Both the position numbers and the translations under genes were made by a program. The notes beneath the pieces are model-generated. The model did no database searches, was not told where the DNA came from, and saw only the letters and a list, made by a program, of their open reading frames with translations. Shown in pieces: positions 10,360 through 23,420 of a stretch of 64,000 nt of DNA (positions are counted from its first letter, which is position 1; every line of letters begins with the position of its first letter). Location of the stretch: positions 40,176,001-40,240,000 of the forward strand of contig OX597835.1 of NCBI GenBank assembly GCA_951406725.2, given 5' to 3'. Source of the DNA: Octopus vulgaris. Taxonomy: Eukaryota.

Positions 10360-13300
10360 TTAAAATATCAAGCTAGCTACCCACAATCAGAAACGCTACC
10401 ATTTCCTTGTCAGATTCAAAGCAGTGGGGCTGCCAATGATGTTAGTACAATGAAATGTGAGTGAAGAGAGATTGGCCAGAAATGTAAATAGATGTGTGTT
10501 GTGTACAAGCAGTAAGATGGAGGGGAACCTTAACCAGACTGCTTCTGGGTTGGTAGTGATATAGCAAATAGATCGTTACCAAAGTCGCCTTACTGGCACC
10601 TGTGCTGGTGGCATGTGTAAAAGGATTCAAGCGAGGTCGTTGCCAGCACCGCCTGACTGGCCACACCCCCCCATGCCGGTGGCACGTAAAAAGCACCCAC
10701 TACACTCTCGGAGTGGTTGGCATTAGCAAAGGCATCAAGCTGTAGAAACTCTGCCAAATCAAGACTGGAGCCTGGTGCAACCATCTGGTTCGCCAGCCCT
10801 TAGTCAAAATCGTACAACCCATGCTAGCATGGAAAGCGGACGATGATGATGATGAAAAGATACATTATTGGCAAAGAAATTCAATTAAGTAATTAGATTG
10901 TAGGAGAGAATAATTAAGTGTAAGCTAGTCTTAGAAAACAACTGCAGCACTGAAGTCTGCAGAGACGACACAGAGTTGACAGATGGCACAAGAAATGGTT
11001 TTATGGGGCTCTTTTATCATGGTTGGTGACTTTAATGACTATGTTGCACACCACCATGATGGCAGGGGCTATGTGGACCCTGGTTGAGAACCACTGATCT
11101 TAGATAGAAAGTGGTATGTTGGTGGGACTAACTGTAGTAGACAGAACAAATAAAAGCTAAGAGGCAAAACCTGGAAGAAGCAAAGCATCCAAGAACAACA
11201 CCAAGTGGCTAGAAAAGAAGATGGGAAGCAGGTGTATTTGGTGAGGTGTGAGATGAAAAGTTTGGGACATGGTCTGTTTCGAGGGGGATCACAGGTATGA
11301 TAGATTTTAGATTCCCAGTGTATTGGCGACAGTTGTGACATCAGTGCAAAGAAGTAAGAAATGGTGCCCTCACTGACACTGAAAGGAAAGAGGCACAAAA
11401 GTGTTACTACATGATTGTTGACGGAAGAGAATGAGAGGTGAGAGAATTTTGTAAAATTTTAATAAACACTATGTATGCTTACTATTGTCTTGACATCATT
11501 ATATAACATCTATTTTCCATGTTGCACGGGTTTGACAGGTTATAACTTGAGGGTATAACCTTGACACATCCTCACCACATCTTATCTCTGTAACCATGTA
11601 TCTCTCTTACAACAAAAAACTTGTTTCTGTCCCTCTATCTGACTTTAGCCTCTCATCACCTGGCACAAAGCCACCTCTCTCAGTGCTACTTTTCTCTCTC
11701 AGTTGAGGGGTCTTTTGTCTTGTAAGTTACTTGGTGACCTCAACGGTGCTGGTGCCACATGAAAAGCACTCTGTAAAGTGGCCGGCACTAGGAAGGGCAT
11801 CAAAACTTAGGAATCATGCCAAAATCGACAATAGAGCCTGGCACAGTCCTCAGGCTTGCCAGCCTCTGCCAAACCATCCAACCCATGCAGCATGGAAAAC
11901 AGATGTTAAATAAGGAGGATGATTATGTTTGGCAGGAACTGGAAAGCTTGAGGACTGCACCAAGCTCTCTATTGTCGACTTTGGCATGACTCCTATGTCT
12001 GGATGCTCTTCCTAATGCCAGCCACTTTACAGTGTACTGGGTGGTCTTTATGTGGCACCAGCACCGTTGAGGTCACCAAGTAACTTACAAGACAAAGACC
12101 CTGCTCAACTGACAGAGAAAAGTAGCATAGAGGAAGGTGGTTTTGTGCCAGGTGATGAGAGACTAAAGTCAGATGGAGGGACAGAAACAGGTGTTTTGTT
12201 GTTAGAGACATACATGGTTACAGAGATAAGATGTGGTGAGGATGTGTCAAGGTATACCCTCAAGTTACAGAAAGGTGAATATAAAAGAAGTGGCTTTGTT
12301 AAGGAAATTTGCAGGAGTGTGAAAGGAGAATGGCAGAGGGATAGAGATGGGGATAAGGGAAATGCAGTGAGTTATGTACACTTTTTATGTGTAAACTAAG
12401 GATCCATCCATCTTCCCTGCTAACTATTCCTGGGAGGGTCATGGAAAATAATGTCCTCAGGCACATCCTTCATAGGGTCTGATCAGAAGCAACAGTTATT
12501 ACACTTTCCAGCTGAATTCCCAAGCATGACCAACTGAGGCTATGGATATTATCCAATCATCTTGTTCCTGGTCTGCGCCTAGGTCTCCTGCTAGTTGGCC
12601 TGACTTGAAGAATTTGGCTTGTGATTCTCACAAGTGATATCCCAATCACATGTCCACCGTAGCAGACCTGTGATCTCTTAATGCAGAGAAGTTACAACTC
12701 AACCTAAAGAGATACCCTGATCGCTGAGCCACATACTCTGTCGAGTATCAATACTTTATGTTTTTGGGTATATGTCAAACTATTATTAATTGGTATCTAC
12801 GAGTGTGTGTGTGGAGAAGTATATATACATACATATATACATACTCATACATACATGCATATATACATACATACAAAAGTATGAAATATAAACCCAAGAA
12901 CATCGTTATAATTACACACACACACTGTATTAGTTCGTGTATGTCTAGCACTCCTAATTTAGTGTTAAATCTTGCTACAAATGTTTTTTTTTACCTTCGT
13001 AGTTTTAGTTTTGCCCCGTGTATCAGTCGTATTGATACTCCATTTTGGTATACTCTGGTGACAGAGAAAGCAAACTTCATTTATTGATAGATACACAGAA
13101 GCAGTTAACAATAAGAGATGCTTTCAAAGGCCTGGAAAACCACTTAGAAATAGTAGCTGTTGTTACCCAAGTGACCTAATTAGCAGTGAAGGATAAAGCT
13201 CCAAAAGCACGAGCAAGGACCAGCGCTTGATGAAAGTGGAAAACATCAATAGCTATTACCTCTGCTGGTAACAAAAGGTTTTTTTTTTTCAGAGTGAAGG

Positions 13301-15797
13301 GCAGGTTGTGAGATGCTTACATACGAAGTGCAATGCTGCATGGTAGGAAGATATGGACCTTTCAAAAAAAGAAAGAATTTCATCTCATTCATCATCATTT
13401 AACGTCCGTTTTCCATGCTAGCATGGATTGGATGGTTCGACTGGGGATCTGGGAAGCCATGGAGGCTGCACCAGGCTCCAATCTGATCTGGCAGTGTTTC
13501 TACAGCTGGATGCCCTTCCTAACGCCAACCACTCCGAGAGTGTAGTGGGTGCTTTTTACGTGCTACTGGCACAGGTGCCAGGTGAGACTGGCAATGGCCA
13601 CGATCGGATTGGTGCTTTTTACGTGCCACTGGCACAGAAGCCAGTCAAGGCGGCGCTGGCATCGGCCACATTCGGATGGTGCTTTTTACAAAACTAAAAT
13701 GCAACGAAAGAAATGAAGGGAGCATTTCTCACATGCTGTATCCCATGAGTGGATATGAAGGACAGAGCACAAATGAGCCAAAGAAAAAGATGGAGATAAG
13801 AATTAGATCTTGGATGAAAGAAAGAAGACAATTGCTTGTGAAGTCTGTTACAGTCAATGCAACAGTCTATCAAAAGGTTTCAAAGTACAAGGTGCTTCCA
13901 TCAGCTGAAGAATATTTGATGATGCAGGTTTTGGCACCTATACAAGGGGCTGAAACAATCAGTTTGGTTTGCTGATCATCAGATCAATGAGCTGCATTAC
14001 TCAGGTATCTCCCCTAACCTAAACCCCATAGCAAAATCCATCATCATCAATCCCCGGACATTTCTGCAAGTTCATAATCTCCTGCGGGAGCTCTTCTGAC
14101 GAGGAGAATATGGTGGTTTGGTCATACGTTGCAGTGCCACCACTACCACCCCATGACAATCTCCTCCGGAAGGCAATAGTATGAGTTCCTCCTCCAGGTT
14201 GACATAAGCAGAGAGGTGGTCAGCTGAAAACTTGGCTTGTGACAGTCAAAGTAGATATGGATCTCGTTTACAAACCTCGAGTTTTTAGCATCCATCAATG
14301 GAACCAGGAATGGCTTCAACACACTGCAGAATCAGCCACTGACAAATGTGCATGGAGAACTTTCACCCATGGCACGGCGAACTCAATAGGAGCCGGCGTA
14401 ACCCCTCCCGGGTGAAAGCCATAGCAAGACATAGGGCTAGTTACCTGATTTCCATGGTGTACAAATGACCAAGATCACAACATACCCTTTGAACTGGACA
14501 CCAGTCTGTCACAAGAGTGGAATGGAGTAGTGTGAAATGAAGTGTTTTGCTCAAGAACACAATTTATCACTCAATCCAGAAACTGAAACCATGATCTTGT
14601 GATCATTAGTGCAACACCCTAATCACTACGGCACAGGAGGTACAATTAAAAAGATGGCCAAATTGAGTCCCAAACATCAGGCTGAGATTCAGGCTGTTAT
14701 TGAGTGCACCTTAACTTCCATAAAATCTGACTATTGTCGCTACAGGTTGGTTTCTTCCTCTTATGGCCTCAACATTTAACCAGTGATTGAACCCAAAAGA
14801 AATTCAACTAAAAAACTCACATTTGACAACCGACTTTCCATTTTGGACCAATTCTTATTTTTGAGATCTTGAGGTTTTAACAAAACCAACATAGAAACCA
14901 TAAAATGTTGGCTTATATTCCATTTAATACAGTTGAAATGTTAACATAAATGTTAACTCTGAATGTTAACAACAAACATCTAATTTCTGCATATTAATCT
15001 AATTTTCTAGGATGCAACACTGTGTGTGTGTGTGTGCGTGCACATGTGTATTCTCCTTCAACTGATATTCATGACTGACCAAACCTCCACTGTGTACACA
15101 ACTCACTGCATTTCCCTTACTCCCACCTCTATCCCTCTGCCATTCTCCTTTCACACTTGTGCAAACATCCTTAACAAAACCACTTCTCTTATATTCCCCC
15201 TTCTATAACTTGAGGGTATAACCTTGACACATCCTCACCACATCTTATCTCTGTAACCATGTATCTCTCTTACAACAAAACACCTGTTTCTGTCCCTCTA
15301 TCTGACTTTAGCCTCTCATCACCTGGCACAAAGCCACCTCTCTCGATGCCACTTTACCTCTCAGTTGAGGGGTCTTTTGTCTTGTAAGTTACTTGGTGAC
15401 CTCACTAGTGCTGGTGCCACATGAAAAGCACTCTGTAAAGTGGCCGGCACTAGGAAGGGCATCAAAACTTAGGAATCATGCCAAAATCGACAATAGAGCC
15501 TGGCACAGTCCTCAGGCTTGCCAGCCTCTGCCAAACCAACCAACCCATGCAGCATGGAAAACAGATGTTAAATAAGGAGGATGATTACGTCTATGTGTGT
15601 GTGTGTATATTATACACACATACACATACATATATATGCATGGATGTCAATACACTCAGTAAAGTGGTTGATATTAGGAAGGGTGTATAGCAGTACAAAA
15701 CTTGCCAAAGAATACACTGGAGCTTTATGTAGCCCTGCAGTTTGTCAGGTCCCTGTCAAACTATCCTACAAATACCAGAATGGAAAGCAGACATTAA

Positions 15798-16017
15798 CCC
15801 TTTTGCTACCATATTTCTGTTGAGATGCTGTGTTTCTTTCAATTAATTTTAAAAATAACAAAGAATTTAGTAAAAGAACTTAGTTATCATTAAGCTAGTG
15901 TTAAGAACATAAATTGTAACTAAGGGTCGGTGGAATATTTTAATTCAGAACTTTTGAAAATAAGACGTTTGTACTACAGAGCCAGAGGTGGTTTCAGCCA
16001 GGTTGGTATCAAAAGGG
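15798..16017. mobile_element. piggyBac-type MITE
   Basis: TTAA|CCCTTTTGCTACCA...TGGTATCAAAAGGG|TTAA. Confidence 0.8.
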
Positions 16018-16561
16018 TTAAAGGATATAATGATATATAAATGCATGCATACATATGAAAAAATATGCAAACAGCTGCTTACACATGAGTATGTCCATAC
16101 ACATATCCATACATGTCAAAATCAAAATCGATCAACATCAATGGAAATTGTAGCTGTGATACCAGTGCTGGTGGTACATAAGAGAACCATCCGAACGTGG
16201 CCATTGCCAGCGTCGCCCCGACTGGCTTCCATGCTGGTGGCACGTAAAAAGCACCATCCGATCGTGGCTGTTGCCAGCCTCGCCTGGCCTCCGTGCAGAC
16301 GGCATGTAAAAAGCACCCACTACACTCATGGAGTGGTTGGCGTTAGGAAGGGCATCCAGCTGTAGAAACACTGCCAGATCAGACTGGGCCTGGTGCAGCC
16401 TTCTGGCTTCCCAGACCCCAGTTGCACTGTCCAACCCATGCCAGCATGGAAAGCAGACACTAAACGATGATGATGTACATTATATATATATATATATACA
16501 CCATAAATATACAGCCATAAACACACACATACATATACAGGTATAAATATACACATACATA

Positions 16562-16601
<40 letters not shown>

Positions 16602-17103
16602 TACACACACACATATAAGGAGTTCTGAAAAGTTCTTGGCTTTGGCTAATTTGGTTAATTATGATTTTATTTAACATATTCCCCTCTCAGTTTCACACAC
16701 TTATTGCAGCTGGCCTTCAGTTTTTCTAAGTCCCAAACAGGCCTTTCACAATGCTCTTGAAACCAGGAACTTTTCAGCACTCCCTCATACATATACACAC
16801 ATACCCACACAGTAGCATGTGCCCTGCAGATAGGGTGATGCACTCATGATTGCAAGATTGTGGTTTCCATTCCCAGACAAGCAGTGCATTGCATTCTTGA
16901 ACGAAACACTTCATGTTGCTCCAGTCCACTCATCTGTAAATCGGTAACCCTACAATGGACTGGCATCCCATTCAAGAATGATGTTGACCTGCCCACCTAA
17001 CCAGTGGGGTGACATCGTTTGAAGGCTACAACAATGTGAGGAAACGCATTGTGACCAGTGGTGTATAACAACATCTGATAGTCTGATCGATACCATAACA
17101 TCT

Positions 17104-18278
17104 CCACACACATATACACGTCCACCTACACATACATGTCAACGTATACATAAACACAAAAATATACACATAAGCATATAGAAACATACATATACGTATG
17201 TACACATACATACATACATATACACATACATACATACATATATATATGTACGCATACATACATACATATATATGTACACATACATACATACATATATATA
17301 TGTACACATACATACATATATATATGTACACATACATACATACATATATATATGTACACATACATACATATATGTACACATACACACATATATGTACACA
17401 TACATACATACATGTACACATACATACATACATGTACACATACATACATACATGTACACATACATACATACATGTACACATACATACATGTACACATACA
17501 TACATACATATATATATGTACACATACATATATATATATGTACACATACATACATACATATATATATGTACACATACATACATACATACATATATATATG
17601 TACACATACATACATACATACATATACACATGACTGTATCCATACACGGTTTGTCCCCGAATAAAACTGTAGCCAAAGAAAGCCCAATTTAAATAGGGGG
17701 ATGAAACTCCAATGGAATATCTTTCAGGCAGAGGACTACTAGGATGTCTTATTTAGGGCAAGGAAAATACACATTTAAATATATTCAATACATCATTTGC
17801 TAGGAAACTGAAGCACCTTCTCTGAGATTGCCTCATATAATATACATATAAATAAAGGAACGTATGTATACGAAAAGTATCTAAAATCTATATCTTTATG
17901 TGAGGGTGTATATGATGAAGTATTCTATGTAGAAGTGTATATTATATGAGGCAATCTCAGAGAAGGTGCTCCAGTTTCCTAGCAAATGATGTATTGAATA
18001 TATTTAAATGTGTATTTTCCTTGCCCTAAATAAGACATCCTAGTAGTCCTCTGCCTGAAAGATATTCCATTGGAGTTTCATCCCCCTATTTAAATTGGGC
18101 TTTCTTTGGCTACAGTTTTATTCGGGGACAAACGGTGTATAAATACAGTCATGTGTGTGTGTGTATGTATGTGTGCGTACATAAATATGTATGTACATGT
18201 TTATATACGAATATGTTTCTGTATGCTTGTGTGTATATACGTAGATATGTATGTAGGCGGACGTGTATATGTGTGTTG
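17104..18278. repeat. large fold-back inverted repeat
   Basis: Inner arms 17631-17845 and 17937-18151 are near-perfect reverse complements. The outer arms are homologous but disrupted by microsatellite expansion. Confidence 0.9.
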
Positions 18279-18389
18279 ATGTGTAGACGTGTGTATATAT
18301 ATATATATAATACACAAATTGTAATGTTTTGGATATTTTATGTTTTTTGGGTATATGTCAAATTATTATTAATTGGTAGTGTGTGTGGA

Positions 18390-18456
18390 GAAGTATATAT
18401 ATAAATACATACACATACATATATATACATACACATATATATACATACACATACAT

Positions 18457-18533
<77 letters not shown>

Positions 18534-19012
18534 TACATACACACACACACACACATATACATACATACACACACACACACACATATACATACATACACAC
18601 ACACACACACATATACATACATACACACACACACACACATATACATACATACACACACACACACACATATACATACATACACACACACACACACATATAC
18701 ATACATACACACACACACACACATATACATACATACACACACACACACACATATACATACATACACACACACACACACATATACATACATACACACACAC
18801 ACACACATATACATACATACACACACACACACACATATACATACATACACACACACACACACATATACATACATACACACACACACACACATATACATAC
18901 ATACACACACACACACACATATACATACATACACACACACACACACATATACATACATACACACACACACACATATACATACATACACACACACACACAC
19001 ATATACATACAT

Positions 19013-19095
<83 letters not shown>
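18390..19095. repeat. compound (CA)/(TACA)/(TA) microsatellite forming a higher-order array of about 26-bp units
   Basis: Directly visible. Source of the spurious HT/YI/VC ORFs. Confidence 0.95.
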
Positions 19096-19472
19096 TAAGT
19101 ATGGAATATAAACCCAAGAACATCGTTATAATTACACACACACACACCGTATTAATTCGTGTATGTCTAGCACTCCTAATTTAGTGTTAAATCTTGCTAC
19201 AAAATTTTTTCTTTACCTTCGCAGTTTTACTTTTGCCCCGTGTATCAGTCGTACCCAAGTCTTTTTGCTTCGGTTAAAATCAACTACAATCTACTTCGAC
19301 TTTATGTGTACGCACCTACGAACGTATGTATGCATGTCCGTTCCGTATATAGCACAAATTTTGTAATGTCATGGAGATGAGACTTTCTGAAAGACAGTCA
19401 TCAGATGACCTGGTCATCACGTCTCGTCCGTCCAAATAGCTCACCCAATAGGGTGAACCATTAACTTATACG

Positions 19473-19522
<50 letters not shown>

Positions 19523-19539
19523 CAAGGTATCATCAGAGA

Positions 19540-19581
<42 letters not shown>

Positions 19582-20450
19582 TCTCTGATGATACCTTGCC
19601 CTATTGATTCAGGACACTAGGGCAATTTATCACGACCCATATTGTCTTCCCAAATTATGCAATGTCTTCAATCGAGACGTGAGTGAATGACATTGTGCTG
19701 CTATTTCTAACCGGTCGAACTAACTCCGTTAAGTCGACTCGTTTTACGTAGATGGATTTCGCATCGACTTGTATGTGTGTGTGTGTGTGTGTGTGGAAAG
19801 TTTGAAAGGAAAAACAATAAAAGACGATGCGACATTATGCCGGCACATCATAACTAAATGACGCACCTTGCGAGAAAATATATAAATAGATAGATAGATA
19901 GATATAAACACACACACACACACACAATGTATACATATGTATCTTATACAGATATATAAGAAATTATTTTCAGAAGTGGTATTAATGTGTGTATAGTGCA
20001 TTATGATGTGAAGAGGTGAATAATTTTATACATACGTATTTTACACGCATGTATAAATGTATAAAGGAAACTATTAACATTCACTATGTTTGTGTATAAT
20101 ACCGACATGCACGTATAGATTAATAAACACCCACCCACACATATATATATATAGATATATATATACACAACATAGATCTTCATTCAAGATGTCCGTCTTT
20201 AGGTGTGTGTGTATGTATATATTGATATATATATACATACACAACAGGTGTATGCATATACACTTATAACCATATAAATATATATACACACATACACAAT
20301 ATACCTATTATGTACAAATACACACACACACAAACATCTGCTTATATGCAGACAAATAAAAGATATATGAATGTGTATAAGCTTGCGTGTATGTATATAT
20401 AAATACATATACGCTAATATTGTCTTCATTATATATATATAGAGAGAGAG

Positions 20451-20481
<31 letters not shown>

Positions 20482-20709
20482 ATCCAGTTAACGACTATGT
20501 ATAAAAACATTTATAGCCCGAACGATTTCTGTTGCAGATGTGTGTATAAACCCATTCTTTTCGTATGAATTAGTGACAAAATAATTGGCGGTCCCTCTTA
20601 CATTCTTTGATATAGACACATTACGGCTGTTGGGGCACCTCATAATTTCAAACACTTTAGTAATACCATAATATATATATAAATGCACAGACAGCTAGGA
20701 GAGGGGGTG

Positions 20710-20751
<42 letters not shown>

Positions 20752-21009
20752 GATATATATATATGATATATATACACACACACAAATATATATATATACA
20801 CAATACCAGACGTTATGGTTATAGACAGACAACTAGATGTATATTTTCTATATAAGGATATATCCAAGATTCATTCTTTCTGATCAAAGACACCAGTTTA
20901 TTTCAAATTCTCTGTAAAGCACTCTTAGTAATTAAATGCATCGATTAGACAAACTACCTTATGAGCATACACACACAATACATATATATATATCATCATC
21001 ATCATCATC

Positions 21010-21042
<33 letters not shown>

Positions 21043-21179
21043 CATACATATATATATATATATATATACATATTACATGTCTGTTTGTGTTTAGGGAGAT
21101 TTTGTGTTTAGTATATAATACGAAATATGTATAGAATTATATTGAACATATAAGAATTGAGATGTACTTTATTAGTGTA

Positions 21180-21234
<55 letters not shown>

Positions 21235-21500
21235 CATATATGTATGTATACATATATATATATGTATATATATATATTACATGTGTGTGTGTTTAGGGAG
21301 ATTTTGTGTTTAGTGTATAATACGAAATAGGTATAGAATTATATTGAATATATAAGAATTGAGATGTACTTTATTAGTGTGTGTATGTATATATATATAT
21401 ATATGTATGTATGTATATATATATATATGGGGAGATTTGGTGTTTAAAATGTAATATTGCAATATATATATAAAAAAGAATCAATGTGTAACGTCTATAC

Positions 21501-21534
<34 letters not shown>

Positions 21535-22376
21535 GTGTGTGTCTTCAATGAGTGTATATTTGTGCGTGAGTGTATATAAGCATCTGTGCGTGTGCGTGCG
21601 CTGGAGGTTTTAAGTTTGAAGTAACAAACCGTTGACTGTGTACCTTCGCAGCCCTTCCTCCCACTCTCTCGCTTCTATCATACACTCTCTTTCCCACACT
21701 GCTCCAACCCTCACGGTTCCTTTATCCCCCTCCCCTTCTTCCCCCTCCCTCGTTAACATCTGCCTCTCTACTGTCCTCCCCCCCCCCGCTTTCTCTTATT
21801 TTTTCCCTCCTATCTTGTTATGGTTTTTATAATATGATTGTGATTCTGCAATTACGAGTGTCTTTTGATAATTTTAGGGGTTTAATTAATATTTGCTGCC
21901 GATGTCATTGCCTAATTGCTGCAATTAAGGCTCACAAAGTGATTTATTAAATATTTAAAAAAATAAATTTTTAAAAAAATAATAAACAAATAAATAAATA
22001 AAAACAAAAGGCGATCTTTCGTCTCTAGTACCCAAAAGGCGATCTTTCGTCTCTAGTAGACCTTTCCGTCGATTACACAACATACTGTCCGTCTCCCACA
22101 CCCCATCAAACACACACACACACACACACACATGTACATCAATGCTCCCATGCACGGTAACTTCAAAAGAACTTCCCTCCTCATACAATCGCTTTCTCTT
22201 AGTCTCTTTCGCTCTCATTACTTCAAAAGTTCTCGCAAGCCCATATGTAAAAACAAAAAAAAAAAATTTTTTTTACGGAAATCGACGGAAAGGTCTACAA
22301 CAAACGAAAGATTGCCAAACAAACAAAAAACAAATAAATAAATAAATAAATAAAACGTTTTTTTTTTTTTTTCTAC

Positions 22377-22590
22377 CTGCAGCGAAATGGAGCGGCGACG
22401 ATTTCCTTCCCGATGTGTCTTTGGCATTTACATTATGTCTAGTCAAGATTTTCTTCACTTTGGCCAGATCGCCGTTGCGACAGGCTTCGAATAATTCCCG
22501 TCTTCGGTCCACTGTTGTCGTCGTTACAGACGAAGAAGAGGAAGACAACGCCAAGTTGCCAGGAACTTGCGAACGACGACTAGACGCCAT
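22377..22590 (-). CDS. TNKS: tankyrase (ankyrin-repeat PARP5), first coding exon; the rest of the gene lies left of the window
   Basis: MASSRRSQ...[42 protein letters not shown] matches the first tankyrase ankyrin repeat ([10 protein letters not shown]...[12 protein letters not shown]). Phase-1 donor G|GTAG at 22376. I did not find the expected next exon (FGRKDVV...) in 1-22376. Confidence 0.92.
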
Positions 22591-22609
22591 CTTGGTCGTT
22601 CTCTCTCTC

Positions 22610-23420
22610 TCCCCTTCCTTCCTTTATTCAATTACTCTCTATATTTACTACTTTCCCTCCCACTCTCGCTCACTCCCTACTATTTTTCCTTTACACCCTC
22701 ACTCACTGCTTATTACTTTTTCTTTACTCTCTCACTTACTCACTTTCTATATTTACTACTTTCCCTCCTACTCCCTCCCGCTCACTGCCTACTATTTTTC
22801 TTTTACACTCTCACTTACTCACTCTCTATATTTACTACTTTCCCTCCTCTCACTCACTGCTTACTACTTTTTCTTTACCTTCTCACTTACTCAGTCTCTA
22901 TATTTACTACTTTCTCACTCACTCCTTACTATTTTCCCTTTACACTCTCAATCACTGCTTACTACCTTTTCTTTACTCTCTCACTTTCTCGCTCTCTATA
23001 TTTACTACTTTCCCTCCTACTCTCGCTCACTTCTTACTAGTTTTCCTTTTCACACTCAGTCACTGCTTACTACCTTTTCTTTTCACTCTCAGTTACTCAC
23101 TCTTTACATTTACTACTTTCCCTCTCACTCTCACTCACTCCTTACTATTTTCCCTTTACACTCTCACTCACTGCTTACTACCTTTTCTTTACTCTCTCAC
23201 TTACTCACTCTCTATATTTACTACTTTTCCTTTACTCTCCCTGTCTTTTTTTTTCCTAACTCTCTGTCAATATTTAAACCCTCACACTCCTACTCTTACT
23301 GACAAACTCACCTCCTTCTCATAACTCAGCTTATCCCTTACTCTCTCCTCTTTTATTCTCTCTATCTCTCTTACTCTGTTTTTACTATATCTTTAACTCC
23401 TCTCCCTCCTCTTCAATGTC
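22610..23420. repeat. pyrimidine-rich minisatellite immediately upstream of the tankyrase ATG
   Basis: Recurrent CTCTATATTTACTACTTTCCCTCC...CACTGCTTACTACCTTTTCTTTACTCTCTCAC units, almost G-free on the plus strand. Confidence 0.85.

Noticed and set aside
14654-14745. Possible plus-strand mini-exon MAKLSPKHQAEIQ...CAG|GTTGGT
   Set aside because: No recognisable homology or partner exons, so it cannot be supported.
17026-19147. Long ORFs of 170-270 aa (CVCMY/HTYI)
   Set aside because: They are translations of stop-free microsatellites in all frames.
22415-23302. 295-aa plus-strand ORF overlapping tankyrase exon 1
   Set aside because: It comes from the G-poor minisatellite and has low-complexity S/L/F/Y composition.
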